A stretch of DNA of 64,000 nt from an uncultured Chloroflexia bacterium (GCA_963749705.1 CAVVNQ010000007.1:160001-224000), one strand, 5' to 3'; positions 22,348 to 33,535 are shown, counted from the stretch's first letter. The notes: generated by a model from the letters alone, not told the origin. A program made the numbers and translations.

Positions 22348-23052
22348 TCAGATCCCCAGGTACGCTTCCTGGACGTGGCTGTTGCCGAGCAGCTCCTCGC
22401 CCGTCCCCTCGAGGACGACCTTGCCCTGCTCGAGGACATACGCGCGGTCCACGATGCGGAGCGTGGTGTTCACGTTCTGCTCGACCAGCAGGATGGTCAT
22501 GCCACGCTCGCGGAGCGCCTTGAGGGCGTCGAACGCCGCGAGCGTCGGAATGGGCGCAAGGCCCAGGCTGGGCTCGTCCACGAGCAGCAGCGAGGGCCTG
22601 GGCATCAGGCCGCGGCCGATCGCGAGCATCTTGCGCTCGCCGCCTGAGAGCGTGCCGGCCAGCTGGTCCTTCCGCTCGAGGAGCCGTGGAAACAGCTCGA
22701 ACACGGTGTCCATCGTGGACGCGATCGCCTGCTTGTCCCTGACGGTGTAGGCGCCGACGAGCAGGTTCTCGTAGATCGACATCGAGGGGAACAGGTTGAG
22801 GCTCTCGGACACGTAGCCGATGCCCGACTGGCTGACCCGGTGGGGCGGGACGCCGGTCAGGTCCTTGCCGCGGAAGTTGACCGAGCCCCGGATGGGGGGC
22901 ACGAACCCCGCGATCGAGCGCAGGGTGGTGGTCTTGCCGGCGCCGTTGGGTCCCAGGATGGCGACGAACTCGCCCTCCTCGACGTGGAGGTCCACGCCCC
23001 ACAGAACCTGCAGGAAGTCGTAGCCGCTTTCGACGCCGGTCAGCTTGAGCAC
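22348..23052 (-). CDS. LIV-type ABC ATP-binding protein (LivF-like)
   Basis: GPNGAGKTT, LSGGE, LLVDEPSLGL, VEQN; GTG 23052 with RBS GAGGGAG. Confidence 0.93.
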   Translation of the reverse strand: MLKLTGVESGYDFLQVLWGVDLHVEEGEFVAILGPNGAGKTTTLRSIAGFVPPIRGSVNFRGKDLTGVPPHRVSQSGIGYVSESLNLFPSMSIYENLLVGAYTVRDKQAIASTMDTVFELFPRLLERKDQLAGTLSGGERKMLAIGRGLMPRPSLLLVDEPSLGLAPIPTLAAFDALKALRERGMTILLVEQNVNTTLRIVDRAYVLEQGKVVLEGTGEELLGNSHVQEAYLGI

Positions 23053-23080
23053 GGTGTCTCCCTCGACCCGGTCCGGTCGC

Positions 23081-23809
23081 TCATAGGATGTAGTGGGCGC
23101 CGAGATAGGCCTCGAGGACCTTCTCGTCCTTGGCGACGGTGGCTGCATCACCGTGGGCGATGAGCTGGCCGTACTGCAGCACCGCCAGGTTCTGGCACAG
23201 ATCCATGATGATTCGCATGACGTGCTCGACCATCACGATCGTCACCCCGTCGTCACGGACCCTGCGCAGGAGCGTGGCAACCGGCGCCAGCTCGGACGGC
23301 GTGAGGCCCGACGCGAACTCGTCGAGGAACAGCAGCTTGGGCTTGCTCGCCAGCGCGCGGGCGAGGTCGAGCCGCTTGAGCTGGACCGCGTTGAGGTGGC
23401 CGGCGATCGTGTCGACCGGGCGCGGGAAGTCGACGTACTCGAGCATCCGGCGCGCCTGTTTCGTGGCCGCCCCGGGCTGGGCGTGGGGATCGCCAAAGGT
23501 TGCCGCGACCGTCACGTTCTCGAGGACCGACAGCCGCGGGAACGGGCGCGGGATCTGGAACGTGCGCCCGATGCCCAGCCGGCACATGCGGTCGGCGGGC
23601 AGGCCGGTCGTGTCGTGCCCGTCGAGGAGCACGGTGCCGCCGTTCGGGCGCGTGGCGCCGGCCAGGCAGTTGAGCAGGGTCGACTTGCCCGCGCCGTTGG
23701 GACCGATCAGCCCGAAGATCTCGCCTCGCTCCACGTTGAAGGTGACGTTGTCAACCGCGGTCAGGCCGCCGAAGCGCTTGGTGACCCTGTTGAGCTCGAG
23801 AAGCGACAT
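23081..23809 (-). CDS. LIV-type ABC ATP-binding protein (LivG-like)
   Basis: KRFGGLTAV, GPNGAGKST, RTFQIPRPF, LFLDE, VEH, EAYLG. Confidence 0.93.
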   Translation of the reverse strand: MSLLELNRVTKRFGGLTAVDNVTFNVERGEIFGLIGPNGAGKSTLLNCLAGATRPNGGTVLLDGHDTTGLPADRMCRLGIGRTFQIPRPFPRLSVLENVTVAATFGDPHAQPGAATKQARRMLEYVDFPRPVDTIAGHLNAVQLKRLDLARALASKPKLLFLDEFASGLTPSELAPVATLLRRVRDDGVTIVMVEHVMRIIMDLCQNLAVLQYGQLIAHGDAATVAKDEKVLEAYLGAHYIL

Positions 23810-23831
23810 GGAGCCTCGCTCTGGATGGGTT

Positions 23832-23856
23832 GGGGGTCGGCGCTGCGCCGACCCCC
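23832..23856. other. Intercistronic GC stem-loop after the binding-protein gene
   Basis: Perfect inverted repeat GGGGGTCGGCG-ctg-CGCCGACCCCC; likely mRNA stabiliser or partial terminator. Confidence 0.55.
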
Positions 23857-23881
23857 CTGCGGACAGATGGTGGTGCTGGCG

Positions 23882-25207
23882 TCAGGGCTTCGCCTGGAGG
23901 GTCCCGGCGGCCTGATCGGCGGGCCAGACGACGGTCCGGTCGCCGTTCTGGTACTGGGTGACGGGGAAGATGTAGTGGCCGTTGCCGACGACCGGGTCGG
24001 GGATCGAGTCAGCGTTGAAGTCGTAGCTCGACATGATGATCCCATCGGTGTACGCCAGCTGGCCGGTCCACAGCTTGTCCTGTGCTTCCTTGTACAGCGT
24101 GGCACTGGTGATGGAGCCCTGGTCGTCGAGGGTCGACTGCAGGACCTTGATGAAGAAGTTCGTCCAGTCGTAGGACAGGCCGGCCGCCGCCGCGCTGGGC
24201 GAGGAGCCGAACTTCGCCTGGTAGTCCGACTGGAACTTCTTGGCCTTCTCGGTGGCGAATCCCGGGACCGAGTCGAGGACGTAGTTCGAGGAGGTGCCGG
24301 TCATCTTGTACCAGTCGCCGAACCAGCCGAGGCCGTCGGCGACGATCAGCGACTTGAGGCCGGCGTCGTCAGAGGCCTTGATGAAGGCGGTGATGGACGC
24401 GGCGGCCGTGCTCGTGCCCGCGATCACGGGCACGTTGTTGCTCTTGTAGCGCGACATCAGGGACGAGAAGTCGGTCTGGGTGAGCGGGAAGTAGTCCTCG
24501 CTGACGATGTTCCAGCCGGTGCTCTCGAAGTCCTGCTTGAGACCGGAGCCGAACGAGCGGCCCCAGTCGGTGTCCTCGCCGTAGATCGCCACGTCCTTCG
24601 AGGCGGGGGTGTACGTGCCCGCGGCGATGGCGTCGTTGATGGCGCCGACGTAAGCGGTCGTGAGCTTGACCGGGTCCGGCCAGCCCTTGGACGTCCAGTA
24701 GCCGTACTTCGCCTGGTCGGAGGCGAACTTCTGGTTCACGACGCCGGTGGCGCCCATGCCGAAGAACCACGGGATCTTGTACTTGGCGGTGAGCTCCATC
24801 TCGGCGACGGAGACCGAGCTGTTCCAGTTCAGGATGCCCGCGATGATGTTCTGGCCCACGATGGCCTGCTCGAGCGCGGCCGTGCCCTTGGCCGGGTCGG
24901 CCTGGTCATCGACGTAGACCGGGTTGATCTTGTAGTTGCCGACCTGCCAGTTGACCGCATCGAACGCCATCTGTGCGGCGTTCTTCATCTCGGTGCCCGT
25001 GAGGGCCGAGGTGCCGGTGAACGGCCCGTCGATGCCGATGTTGATGGTCTCGGTGGCGGCGGTCCCGGATCCGGCCGGGGCGGCGGACTCCGGGGCGCTG
25101 CTCGCACCCGCAGTCGGGGATGACGATCCGCTGCCACAGGCGCTCACCATGAGCACCGCAGCAACAGCGAGACCGGCAATCCGGAACCTGGTTCCAGTGT
25201 TGATCAC
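23882..25207 (-). CDS. LIV-type ABC substrate-binding lipoprotein
   Basis: Lipobox VSAC, Ser/Ala linker, IGIDGPFTG…DDQADP type-I periplasmic binding fold; RBS AGGAGGAG. Confidence 0.9.
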   Translation of the reverse strand: MINTGTRFRIAGLAVAAVLMVSACGSGSSSPTAGASSAPESAAPAGSGTAATETINIGIDGPFTGTSALTGTEMKNAAQMAFDAVNWQVGNYKINPVYVDDQADPAKGTAALEQAIVGQNIIAGILNWNSSVSVAEMELTAKYKIPWFFGMGATGVVNQKFASDQAKYGYWTSKGWPDPVKLTTAYVGAINDAIAAGTYTPASKDVAIYGEDTDWGRSFGSGLKQDFESTGWNIVSEDYFPLTQTDFSSLMSRYKSNNVPVIAGTSTAAASITAFIKASDDAGLKSLIVADGLGWFGDWYKMTGTSSNYVLDSVPGFATEKAKKFQSDYQAKFGSSPSAAAAGLSYDWTNFFIKVLQSTLDDQGSITSATLYKEAQDKLWTGQLAYTDGIIMSSYDFNADSIPDPVVGNGHYIFPVTQYQNGDRTVVWPADQAAGTLQAKP

Positions 25208-25261
25208 TGTGCTTCTCCTCCTGTCCGTCCAATCCGGTCGGATTGGTACAACCCACGCAAG

Positions 25262-27343
25262 TCAGATGTCGTCTCTGCCCCCCTCCCGGTCGTCGGAGAC
25301 GGCGGCGGTCGCCGCTCCCGATGAGGCTGCCGTCAGGGCGGCGGCGGGACGCTGCCGGCCTCGTTCGACGGCTTCGACCAGCAAGGTGGCGACATCCTTG
25401 ACCTCGAGCCCGCCGTCCGTCGCTCGCATCCCGTCATCGAGCATGACGGTGCAGAACGGACAGGCGACGGCGAGCGTTCCCGCTCCGGTGGCCGTGGCCT
25501 CGCGGGCGCGCTCCTCGTTGATCTGGCCGGCGCGCTCCTCGAGCCACATGTGGGCGCCGCCGGCACCGCAGCAGAAGGTCCGCTCCTCGCGGCGCGCCAT
25601 CTCGAGCGGGCGGCCGACGGCCGCCACCAGCTCCCGCGGCTCGGACCGGACGTCGTTGTGGCGGGCCAGGTAGCACGAGTCGTGGTAGGTGATCGTGTCG
25701 GCGCTCGCGGCCGGTGACAGGCGCCCGTCGCGCACCAGCTCCGCCAGCAGCTGCGTGTGGTGCATGACCTCGTACCTGCCGCCGAAGTCGGGGTACTCGT
25801 TGGCCAGCGTGTTGAAGCAGTGCGGGCAGGTGGTCACGATCTTCGTCACCTTCGCCTCGCCCAGGGTGTCGACGTTCTGCCTGGCCAGCGCCTGGAAGGT
25901 GTACTCGTCGCCCATCCGCCGGGCGGGATCGCCCGTGCAGCTCTCCCGCGGGCCGAGGATCGCGAAATCGACCCCGGCCTCCTTGAGCAGCGTCGCGGTC
26001 GAGATCGCGCCGATCCGCGCCCGCTCGTCGAACGCCGGTGCGCAGCCGACCCAGAACAGGACGTCGGGCGGGTCGTCGCCGGGCTGGAGGACGCGGAGGT
26101 CGAGGCCCTCCGCCCAGTCCACCCGCTCGGTCGCGGCACTGCCCCACGGGTTGCCCGTGCGCTCCAGGTCCCGGAGCATCGCCGCGCCGGCCGCGGGCAC
26201 GCGAGTGTCGACCATGACCAGGTTGCGCCGCAGGTCCACGATGTGGTCGATGTGCTCGATCCCCACCGGGCACTCGCGGACGCACGCGCCGCAGGTCACG
26301 CAGTCCCACACCGTCTCATCGGCGACGGCGTTGGGGACGAGCGGGCTGCCCGCGAAGGACCCGTTGCCCGCGGCGGCCAGCATCTGGTGGCCCTCGCGGT
26401 AGAGCTGGTCGCGGAGGCCCATGACGACGAGCTTGGGCGACAGGTTCTTGCCCGTGAAGAACGCCGGGCAGGCGTCCTGGCAGCGCCCGCACTCGGTGCA
26501 GGTCATGCCATCGACCATCTGCTTCCAGGTCATGTCCCGGATCGTCCCCATCCCGAACCGGATCTGGTCCTCGGGAACGTCGGGGTCGTCGAACCGCAGC
26601 GGCTCCAGGCGGCCTCGCCCGCGCGTGCGCTCGAAGAAGATGTTGAACGCGACGATCAGGGTGTGGAGATGCTTGGTGTACGGGATGTACAGCAGGAACG
26701 CGAGGATCAGGATCGCGTGGACCCACACCACGCCGCGCTCGAGAACCTCGGTGGCGGAGCCCGCCGGGAGCAGGCCCGCGATGGCCGTCGAGATCGGCGA
26801 CCACGCCGCCGGGTACTCGTTGTAGCCGAGCGCGACCCGCGACGCGTGCCAGATGAACAGCGTGATCGCGATCGCCGCCTCGAACAGCAGGATGTTGTAC
26901 GCCTGCTGCAGGTAGCTGCCGACGAACCGGACGGGCCGCTGCCCGAGCCGGATCGCGAACGCGATGCTCACGCCGACGAGGGTGCCCAGCGCGAACAGGT
27001 CGGCCATCAGCGCAAACCAGCCCTGCTCGGACAGCCAGGGAATGGTCCAGTGCGGGCTCACCGCGCCCAGCCACGACATGACGATGGTGGGCAGCAGGAC
27101 GAGGAAGCCCCAGAACAGCAGCAGGTGCATGACCCCGGGGATCGGGCGCAGGAACAGCTTGGACTGGGCGAGGAACCGAGGCACCTCGCGCCCGGTCCGC
27201 CGGGGCAGCTCGTCGAAGCGGGCCGACGCGCGGCCGTGCATCACGAGCCGCGCGAGGTACAGCGCGCGCCGGGCGAACAGCCCGACGAACGTCAGCCAGA
27301 CGGCAAGGAACAGGATCCCCGAGATGAGGATCCCGACGTCCAT
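25262..27343 (-). CDS. Membrane Fe-S oxidoreductase (FadF/HdrD-like: TM domain + 2x[4Fe-4S] + CCG domains); candidate ETF:quinone oxidoreductase
   Basis: TM His residues, CTECGRCQDACP, CVTCGACVRECP, CPHC, HDSCYL, CCGAGG, CPFC; directly downstream of etfBA. Confidence 0.9.
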   Translation of the reverse strand: MDVGILISGILFLAVWLTFVGLFARRALYLARLVMHGRASARFDELPRRTGREVPRFLAQSKLFLRPIPGVMHLLLFWGFLVLLPTIVMSWLGAVSPHWTIPWLSEQGWFALMADLFALGTLVGVSIAFAIRLGQRPVRFVGSYLQQAYNILLFEAAIAITLFIWHASRVALGYNEYPAAWSPISTAIAGLLPAGSATEVLERGVVWVHAILILAFLLYIPYTKHLHTLIVAFNIFFERTRGRGRLEPLRFDDPDVPEDQIRFGMGTIRDMTWKQMVDGMTCTECGRCQDACPAFFTGKNLSPKLVVMGLRDQLYREGHQMLAAAGNGSFAGSPLVPNAVADETVWDCVTCGACVRECPVGIEHIDHIVDLRRNLVMVDTRVPAAGAAMLRDLERTGNPWGSAATERVDWAEGLDLRVLQPGDDPPDVLFWVGCAPAFDERARIGAISTATLLKEAGVDFAILGPRESCTGDPARRMGDEYTFQALARQNVDTLGEAKVTKIVTTCPHCFNTLANEYPDFGGRYEVMHHTQLLAELVRDGRLSPAASADTITYHDSCYLARHNDVRSEPRELVAAVGRPLEMARREERTFCCGAGGAHMWLEERAGQINEERAREATATGAGTLAVACPFCTVMLDDGMRATDGGLEVKDVATLLVEAVERGRQRPAAALTAASSGAATAAVSDDREGGRDDI

Positions 27344-27346
27344 GCC

Positions 27347-28309
27347 CTAGGCCCCGCGCACCCGGCGGATCTCCGCGCTGATGGCGGGGAGCACCTGGTG
27401 GAGGTCGCCGATCACGGCGTAGTCGGCGGTGGCCATGATCGGCGCCTCCGCATCCTTGTTGATCGCGAGGATCTTCTTCGATGCCTTGCAGCCGGCCATG
27501 TGCTGGGTGGCGCCGCTGATCCCGCACGCGATGTACAGGTCGGGCGCGATCTTGGTCCCGGTCTGGCCGACCTGGTCGGTATGCGACCGCCAGCCCGAGA
27601 TGGTCACGGCCCGGGAGCAGCCGACGGCGGCGCCCAGCAGCCCGGCCAGCTCCTCGACGGGCCCGAACCCGGCCTCGGAGCCCACGCCCCGCCCGCCGGA
27701 CACGACCACCCTGGCGTCGGCCAGCGAGATGCCGCCCACGGCGGCGGGGATCCGCTCGATGGCACGGACCACGAGATCCGCGTCGTCCAGTGTGGGGGCG
27801 AACGTCTCGACCGTTGCCGCGCCACCCGTCTGCGTCGCGGCCACGGTATGCGGCGCGACCGTCATGATCGCGCGATCCGCGTGGATCACGGCCTCCTCGA
27901 GCAGGCTGCCGCCCCACCGCTGGCGGGTCACGGCAACCGGGCTGCCGGGGGTCGCGCGGGTGCAGTTCGCGGCAAACGGCAGGCTCGCCCGCGCCGCCAC
28001 CCGGGCCAGGACGGTGTTGCCGTGCTCCGATCCGGGACCCACGACGACCGACGCGTCGAGGCTGGTCGCGAGATCGAACAGGATGCGCGCCACGGCATCG
28101 GGCGCGGCGGCGCCGAGCGCCGCGTGCTGCGCCACGTGGACCTGTGACGCGCCCCACGCGCCAAGCCCGCCTGCCGCCGTCTCGTCACCGATGACCAGCG
28201 CGTGGACCGTGCCGCCATCGGCCACCTGCGCGGCCAGCGCGAGCGCCTGGAGCGAGACCTCGTCGGCGGCGCCGTCGGCGGTCGTGAGGTAGGCCAGCAC
28301 GGTCGACAT
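27347..28309 (-). CDS. etfA: Electron transfer flavoprotein alpha subunit
   Basis: VVSGGRG, QVGQTGTKIAPDLYIACGISGATQH, AINKDAEAPI. Confidence 0.95.
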   Translation of the reverse strand: MSTVLAYLTTADGAADEVSLQALALAAQVADGGTVHALVIGDETAAGGLGAWGASQVHVAQHAALGAAAPDAVARILFDLATSLDASVVVGPGSEHGNTVLARVAARASLPFAANCTRATPGSPVAVTRQRWGGSLLEEAVIHADRAIMTVAPHTVAATQTGGAATVETFAPTLDDADLVVRAIERIPAAVGGISLADARVVVSGGRGVGSEAGFGPVEELAGLLGAAVGCSRAVTISGWRSHTDQVGQTGTKIAPDLYIACGISGATQHMAGCKASKKILAINKDAEAPIMATADYAVIGDLHQVLPAISAEIRRVRGA

Positions 28310-29073
28310 CACAGCACCCCCAGCGTGCCGAGCACGTCCACCACGGCCGGGGCGGCATCCGCCCCCTGGCCGAGGACCACCGCCTGCTTCACCCGTCCCT
28401 CGGGGACCACCAGCCGGACCAGCTCGAGGCGCTGCTCGGGGCGGACCGGCGTCGAGGTGGCGACCGGCTTGCTCTTGGCGCGCAGCCGTCCCGGCACGGA
28501 CGGGAAGCGCGGCACGTTGAGGCCCTCGAGGACCGCGACCACCGCGGGCAGCGGCAGCTCGTACACGTCGCGCCCGCCCGATACCTCCTGCTCGCAGCGG
28601 ACGGCGGACGTCGTCGCGGACATCCCCTTGATCCCGGTCACGGTGGGCCGGCCGAGCGCTCGTCCGAGCCGGACGGCGGCCTGGTAGCCGCCCGAGTCGC
28701 CGGCCTCGTTGCCCATCAGGACCAGGTCGAACGGGCCGGATGCAGCCTCGTCGGCGCGAACGGCCTCCACGATCGCGGCGACCGTCGACTCCGGATCCCA
28801 TTCGCCGCCGTCGGTGACGAGGTGGATCGCGCGCGCGACGCCCAGGGCCATCGCGTCGCGGAGCTGCTCCAGCGCCTCGGCCGGCCCGAGCGTGAGCACG
28901 ACCGCCTCGCCGCCGTGCGCCTCGATCAGGCGCACCGCCTGCTCCACGGCGCACTCCTCGTGCGGCCCGATCGCGAAGCCCAGGTGCTTCGTGTCGACCG
29001 CCCGCGCGTCCGCGGTCAGCGTGATCCGGCCGCCGACGGCGGGCACGCTCTTGATGCACACGAGAACCTTCAT
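28309..29073 (-). CDS. etfB: Electron transfer flavoprotein beta subunit
   Basis: MKVLVCIKSVP, AVEQAVRL, LTLGP, DLVLMG…DSGG, NVPRFPS; TGATG coupling to etfA. Confidence 0.93.
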   Translation of the reverse strand: MKVLVCIKSVPAVGGRITLTADARAVDTKHLGFAIGPHEECAVEQAVRLIEAHGGEAVVLTLGPAEALEQLRDAMALGVARAIHLVTDGGEWDPESTVAAIVEAVRADEAASGPFDLVLMGNEAGDSGGYQAAVRLGRALGRPTVTGIKGMSATTSAVRCEQEVSGGRDVYELPLPAVVAVLEGLNVPRFPSVPGRLRAKSKPVATSTPVRPEQRLELVRLVVPEGRVKQAVVLGQGADAAPAVVDVLGTLGVL

Positions 29074-29075
29074 CG

Positions 29076-31584
29076 CTACGCCCGGATTCGCTGGTTCTCG
29101 GGGTCGAACAGGGGCCGCGATCCGGCCACCGCGACCGTCACCGGGTAGCGCTCGGCGAAGTACTCGACGAACAGGTGGTTGCCCTCCACGGCGTGCTCGG
29201 GCGGCAGGTATGCCATCAGCGCGTACCGTGCCGGTCGACGGGCTGGCACCCGCGGAGGTCACGTAGGACCGCCGGCCCTTCGCGTCCGTGAGCGGCGTGC
29301 CATCCGCGGTCACGATCGGCTGCCGGCCGAGCGGGTAGCGCTTCTCGCCGCTGGCCGACGTGTGGTCGTCCACGGTCAGCGTGCACAGGACGGCCGCCGG
29401 TTCCTCGCCCAGCTGGCGCAGGACGGCGTCGCGACCGACGAAGTCGATGCCCTTGACCTTGACCGGCGCCATGCCCGCCTCGACCACGTTGTAGTCGCCG
29501 TCGAGCTCGGCGCCGTAGGCGCGATAGCTCTTCTCGAGCCGACCGGTGGACACGTAGACCCCGATCCCGCAGGCGGTGAGCCCGTGCGGCCGTCCCGCCT
29601 CCCACAGCTCGTCCCACAGGCGCTGTCCCTGCTCCATCGGCACGTACAGCTCCCAGCCCAGCTCGCCGACGTACGAGATCCGCGATGCCAGCACCAGCTG
29701 GGACCCGATCTCGACGGTGCGGCAGGTGCCGAACCTGAACGCCTCGTTGGACATGTCCGCCCGGGTGATCGACTGCACGATGTCCCGCGCGCGCGGCCCC
29801 CACAGCCCGATCGTGGTGTACGCGGTGGACACGTCGACGATCGCGGCATCGGCGGGCATGTGGTCACGGAACCACTTGAGGTCGCTCATGCCGTGGGCCC
29901 CGCCGGTGACCACGCGGAACGTGGACTCGTCCAGCCGCATGATCGTGAGGTCGCTCTTGAAGCCGCCCTCCTGCGACAGGACCGGCGTGTAGACCACGCG
30001 CCCGACCGGGACGTCCATCTGGCGCATCGCGACCGACTGCACGCCCGCCAGCGCGCCCGGGCCCACGATGTCGAACTTCATGAACGACGACAGGTCGAAG
30101 ATGCCGGCCGTCTCGCGCATGGCGAGGTGCTCGGCGTTGATGATCGGCGACCACCACCGGGCGTCCCACTCGTTGGGGCGGGTCGCGATGCCGTACTTCT
30201 CGACCAGCGGCGCGTTGGACTCGAACCACTGCGGGCGCTCGAAGCCGGCGGCCTCGAAGAACGTCGCGCCGGCGGCCGTGTGCCACTCGTGCATCGGGGA
30301 TCGTCGGATCGGGCGGTCGGACTCGTACTGCTCGGCCGGATGGACGATGCCGTAGGTCTTGGGAAACGCCTCGAACGCGCGGGCCTTGACGTGCTGGCGC
30401 GTCTTCTGGTGGGCGTGGAAGCGCGCCACGTCGGAGGCGCCAAGGTCGATCGAGGGCTCGCCGTGGACCATCCACTCGGCGACGCACCTGCCGACCGCGG
30501 GACCCTCCTTGACCCATACGGCCGCCGCCGACCACAGGCCCTTGACCTCGGGCGTCTCGCCCAGGACGGGCATGCCGTCCGGGGTCAGCGCGATGAGGCC
30601 GTTGATCGCGTACTTCACGCCGACGGACTCGTCGCCCACGATCTCGGGCATCAGGTCCAGCGCGTCCCCCATCTGGGGGTCGAAGTCGTCCTGCGTGAAC
30701 GGGAACTCCGTGGGCGACAGCGCCGCCTGCTCGATCGACGGGATGTCCTCCGGGTCGTGGAGGATCGAGCGATGCGCGTAGGATCCGATCTCGAGCCCGA
30801 TGCCGTCCTGGCGCTCGTACATCAGGACGTCCATGTCGCGCACGATCGGGAACTCGATCGCCCTGGACGAGCGCTCGAAGCGGGGGACGGGACCGACGTC
30901 GATCATCTGGTGCACGACCGGCGTGAGCGGGATGTGCGAGCCGGCCATCTCGGCGATCATCGGCGCCCACACGCCGCACGCGATCACGACGTACTCGGCC
31001 TCGACGGTGCCCCGCGTGGTCTGGACGGAGCGGACCCGACCGCCGGTGGTGTCGAACCCCTGGACCTCGGTGTTGGCGAACACGGTCAGGGCGCCCATCG
31101 CCTCGGCCTTCTCGCGGCACAGGGTCCCGAACTGGAGCGAGTCGCACACGCCGACGCCCGGCGTGTAGAAGCCACCGACCAGGATCGACTCGTCGATGAA
31201 CGGGACCAGGTCCTTGATCTCGGCCGGCGTGACCAGGCGGGCGTCGTCGATGCCCCAGTTCTTGGCCGAGTCCATCCGACGGCGGAGCTCGTTCATCCGG
31301 GTCTCGGTGCGCGCGACCTCGATGCCGCCGCACTCGGTGTACACGTCCCAGTCGCGGTACTGTCGCGCGCTCTCGGCCGTGAGCGCGGTCATCTCCTTGT
31401 TGTGGTCGACCAGGAAGATGAAGTTCGACGCGTGGCCGGTGGAGCCACCGGGGTTGGGTAGCGGCCCCTTGTCGATCAGCAGGATGTCGCGCCAGCCCAG
31501 GTTGGCCAGGTGGTAGGCGAGGCTGTTGCCGACGATGCCTGCGCCGATGATGACGACCTTGGCGCGGGCCGGGAAGCTGGCCAT
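29076..31584 (-). CDS. GcvT-family dimethylglycine oxidase-like protein, frameshifted at ~29228
   Basis: GAGIVG, GSTGHASNF, SYVGELGWE, RLEKSYR. The canonical C-terminus (YALMAYLP…PLFDPENQRIRA*) lies in a shifted frame ending at TAG 29076-29078. Confidence 0.88.
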
Positions 31585-31772
31585 GAACGGTGCTCCTGTC
31601 CTGGATATGGCGATTCGCAGCAATGCCGTATGCGCGACGCGAGTCGCGTGCCTGGTCTGCGTGCTTCCTTCCCGTGGGGAGCTGGGACGAGAAGTCAGGG
31701 GCCGTTGGTCACTGGGATGTCGCGACCGGGAGTGCGCTCTGTCGCCCGTTGGGCCGATCGCTGGAGGCTAAC

Positions 31773-31795
31773 TGTTGACAATCGTCATGTCAACA
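31773..31795. promoter_or_regulatory. Perfect inverted repeat TGTTGACA-N7-TGTCAACA, candidate GntR operator
   Basis: Lies between the divergent gcvT-etf operon and the GntR gene; contains TTGACA on both strands. Confidence 0.7.
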
Positions 31796-31858
31796 ACAGA
31801 TGGGTCCCAAAGATGTATGCTCCGGCGCACTGGTCGGACCCCGGTCGACGGAGACCCG

Positions 31859-32665
31859 ATGACATCGATCGCACACAAGCAGCTCTGGGAGTCCGTGGCC
31901 GACGAGCTGCGGGATTCAATCCTCGACGGGCGCCTGCCGGCGGGATCCCGGCTCCTCGAGACGGAGCTCGCCGAGCGCTTCGGCGTGTCGCGCGGCCCGG
32001 TCCGGGACGCGCTCCGCGAGCTGGCCCGCGAGGGCCTCGCGATCGACCTCCCGCGCCGCGGCACGTTCGTCAGCAGCCTCACCGAACGGGACCTCGAGGA
32101 GGTCTACGTCATCCGGCGCGCGATCGAGGAGGCAGCCGTCCGGCTCGTCATCGAGCATGCGACCGACGAGGACATCGCCGCGATGTTCACGGTCCTCGCG
32201 GAGGCCGAGGCGGCATACGGCCGTGACGACCTCGGCGCCGCCTGGGAGGCCGACATGGCCTTCCACCGGAGCTACTGCCGCCTGTCGAGCAACGGGCGCC
32301 TGCTGGCGCTGTTCGATGACCTCGCATCGCAGACGGTGCTGCTGATGCGGACCGCCCTCGCGGCTCGCTCGTCGCTTGCCTGGACGCCCCCGGTGGAGCT
32401 CCATCGCCGGATCGCCTCGTGCATCGCGGCCCGCGACGTCCCGGGCGCCCTGGCGGCGGTCGGCGCGCACTACCAGTACACGCAGGACCGGCTGCACGCG
32501 TCGGAGGCCGCCCCGCCCCTTGAAGCCGTCTCGCCCGAGGCCGCATCGACCGCAGAGATCGTCGCGCTCGCCGCCGCCCCGCAGGACACGGCCGGCCGGG
32601 CGATGCCGGCTGCGACGGCTGACCACGGGCTCGAGGAGGCCGTTCCCGACCGGGTCGCCGGCTGA
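31859..32665 (+). CDS. GntR (FadR/FCD) family regulator
   Basis: LRDSILDG…ETELAERFGVSRGPVRDALREL, ADMAFHR, HRRI. Confidence 0.92.
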   Translation: MTSIAHKQLWESVADELRDSILDGRLPAGSRLLETELAERFGVSRGPVRDALRELAREGLAIDLPRRGTFVSSLTERDLEEVYVIRRAIEEAAVRLVIEHATDEDIAAMFTVLAEAEAAYGRDDLGAAWEADMAFHRSYCRLSSNGRLLALFDDLASQTVLLMRTALAARSSLAWTPPVELHRRIASCIAARDVPGALAAVGAHYQYTQDRLHASEAAPPLEAVSPEAASTAEIVALAAAPQDTAGRAMPAATADHGLEEAVPDRVAG

Positions 32666-32770
32666 CCCGGCAGCGGCGGCATCCCTGCCGCCGCGCGACA
32701 CGACCCTCGTCCGCGACACCTCGGCCGCCCACGATTCCGGTCTGGACGCGGGGCCGCCATGTGTCTAGAC

Positions 32771-32810
32771 TTGTCTCGCCATCAGCAACGAGTTGCTCAT
32801 GACGCGACAA
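32771..32810. promoter_or_regulatory. 40-bp imperfect palindrome (operator) upstream of the corrinoid operon
   Basis: TTGTCTCGCCATCAGCAAC-GA-GTTGCTCATGACGCGACAA (16/19 arm match), immediately after a TAGACT -10-like hexamer. Confidence 0.6.
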
Positions 32811-32830
32811 CTGCAGTCCTGAGGAAGGCG

Positions 32831-33535
<705 letters not shown>

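Noticed and set aside
28309-31623. Apparent 1104-aa GcvT-EtfB fusion
   Set aside because: Produced by the +1 shift at ~29228. The normal GcvT C-terminus and stop (29076) and a separate etfB ATG (29073) are both present.
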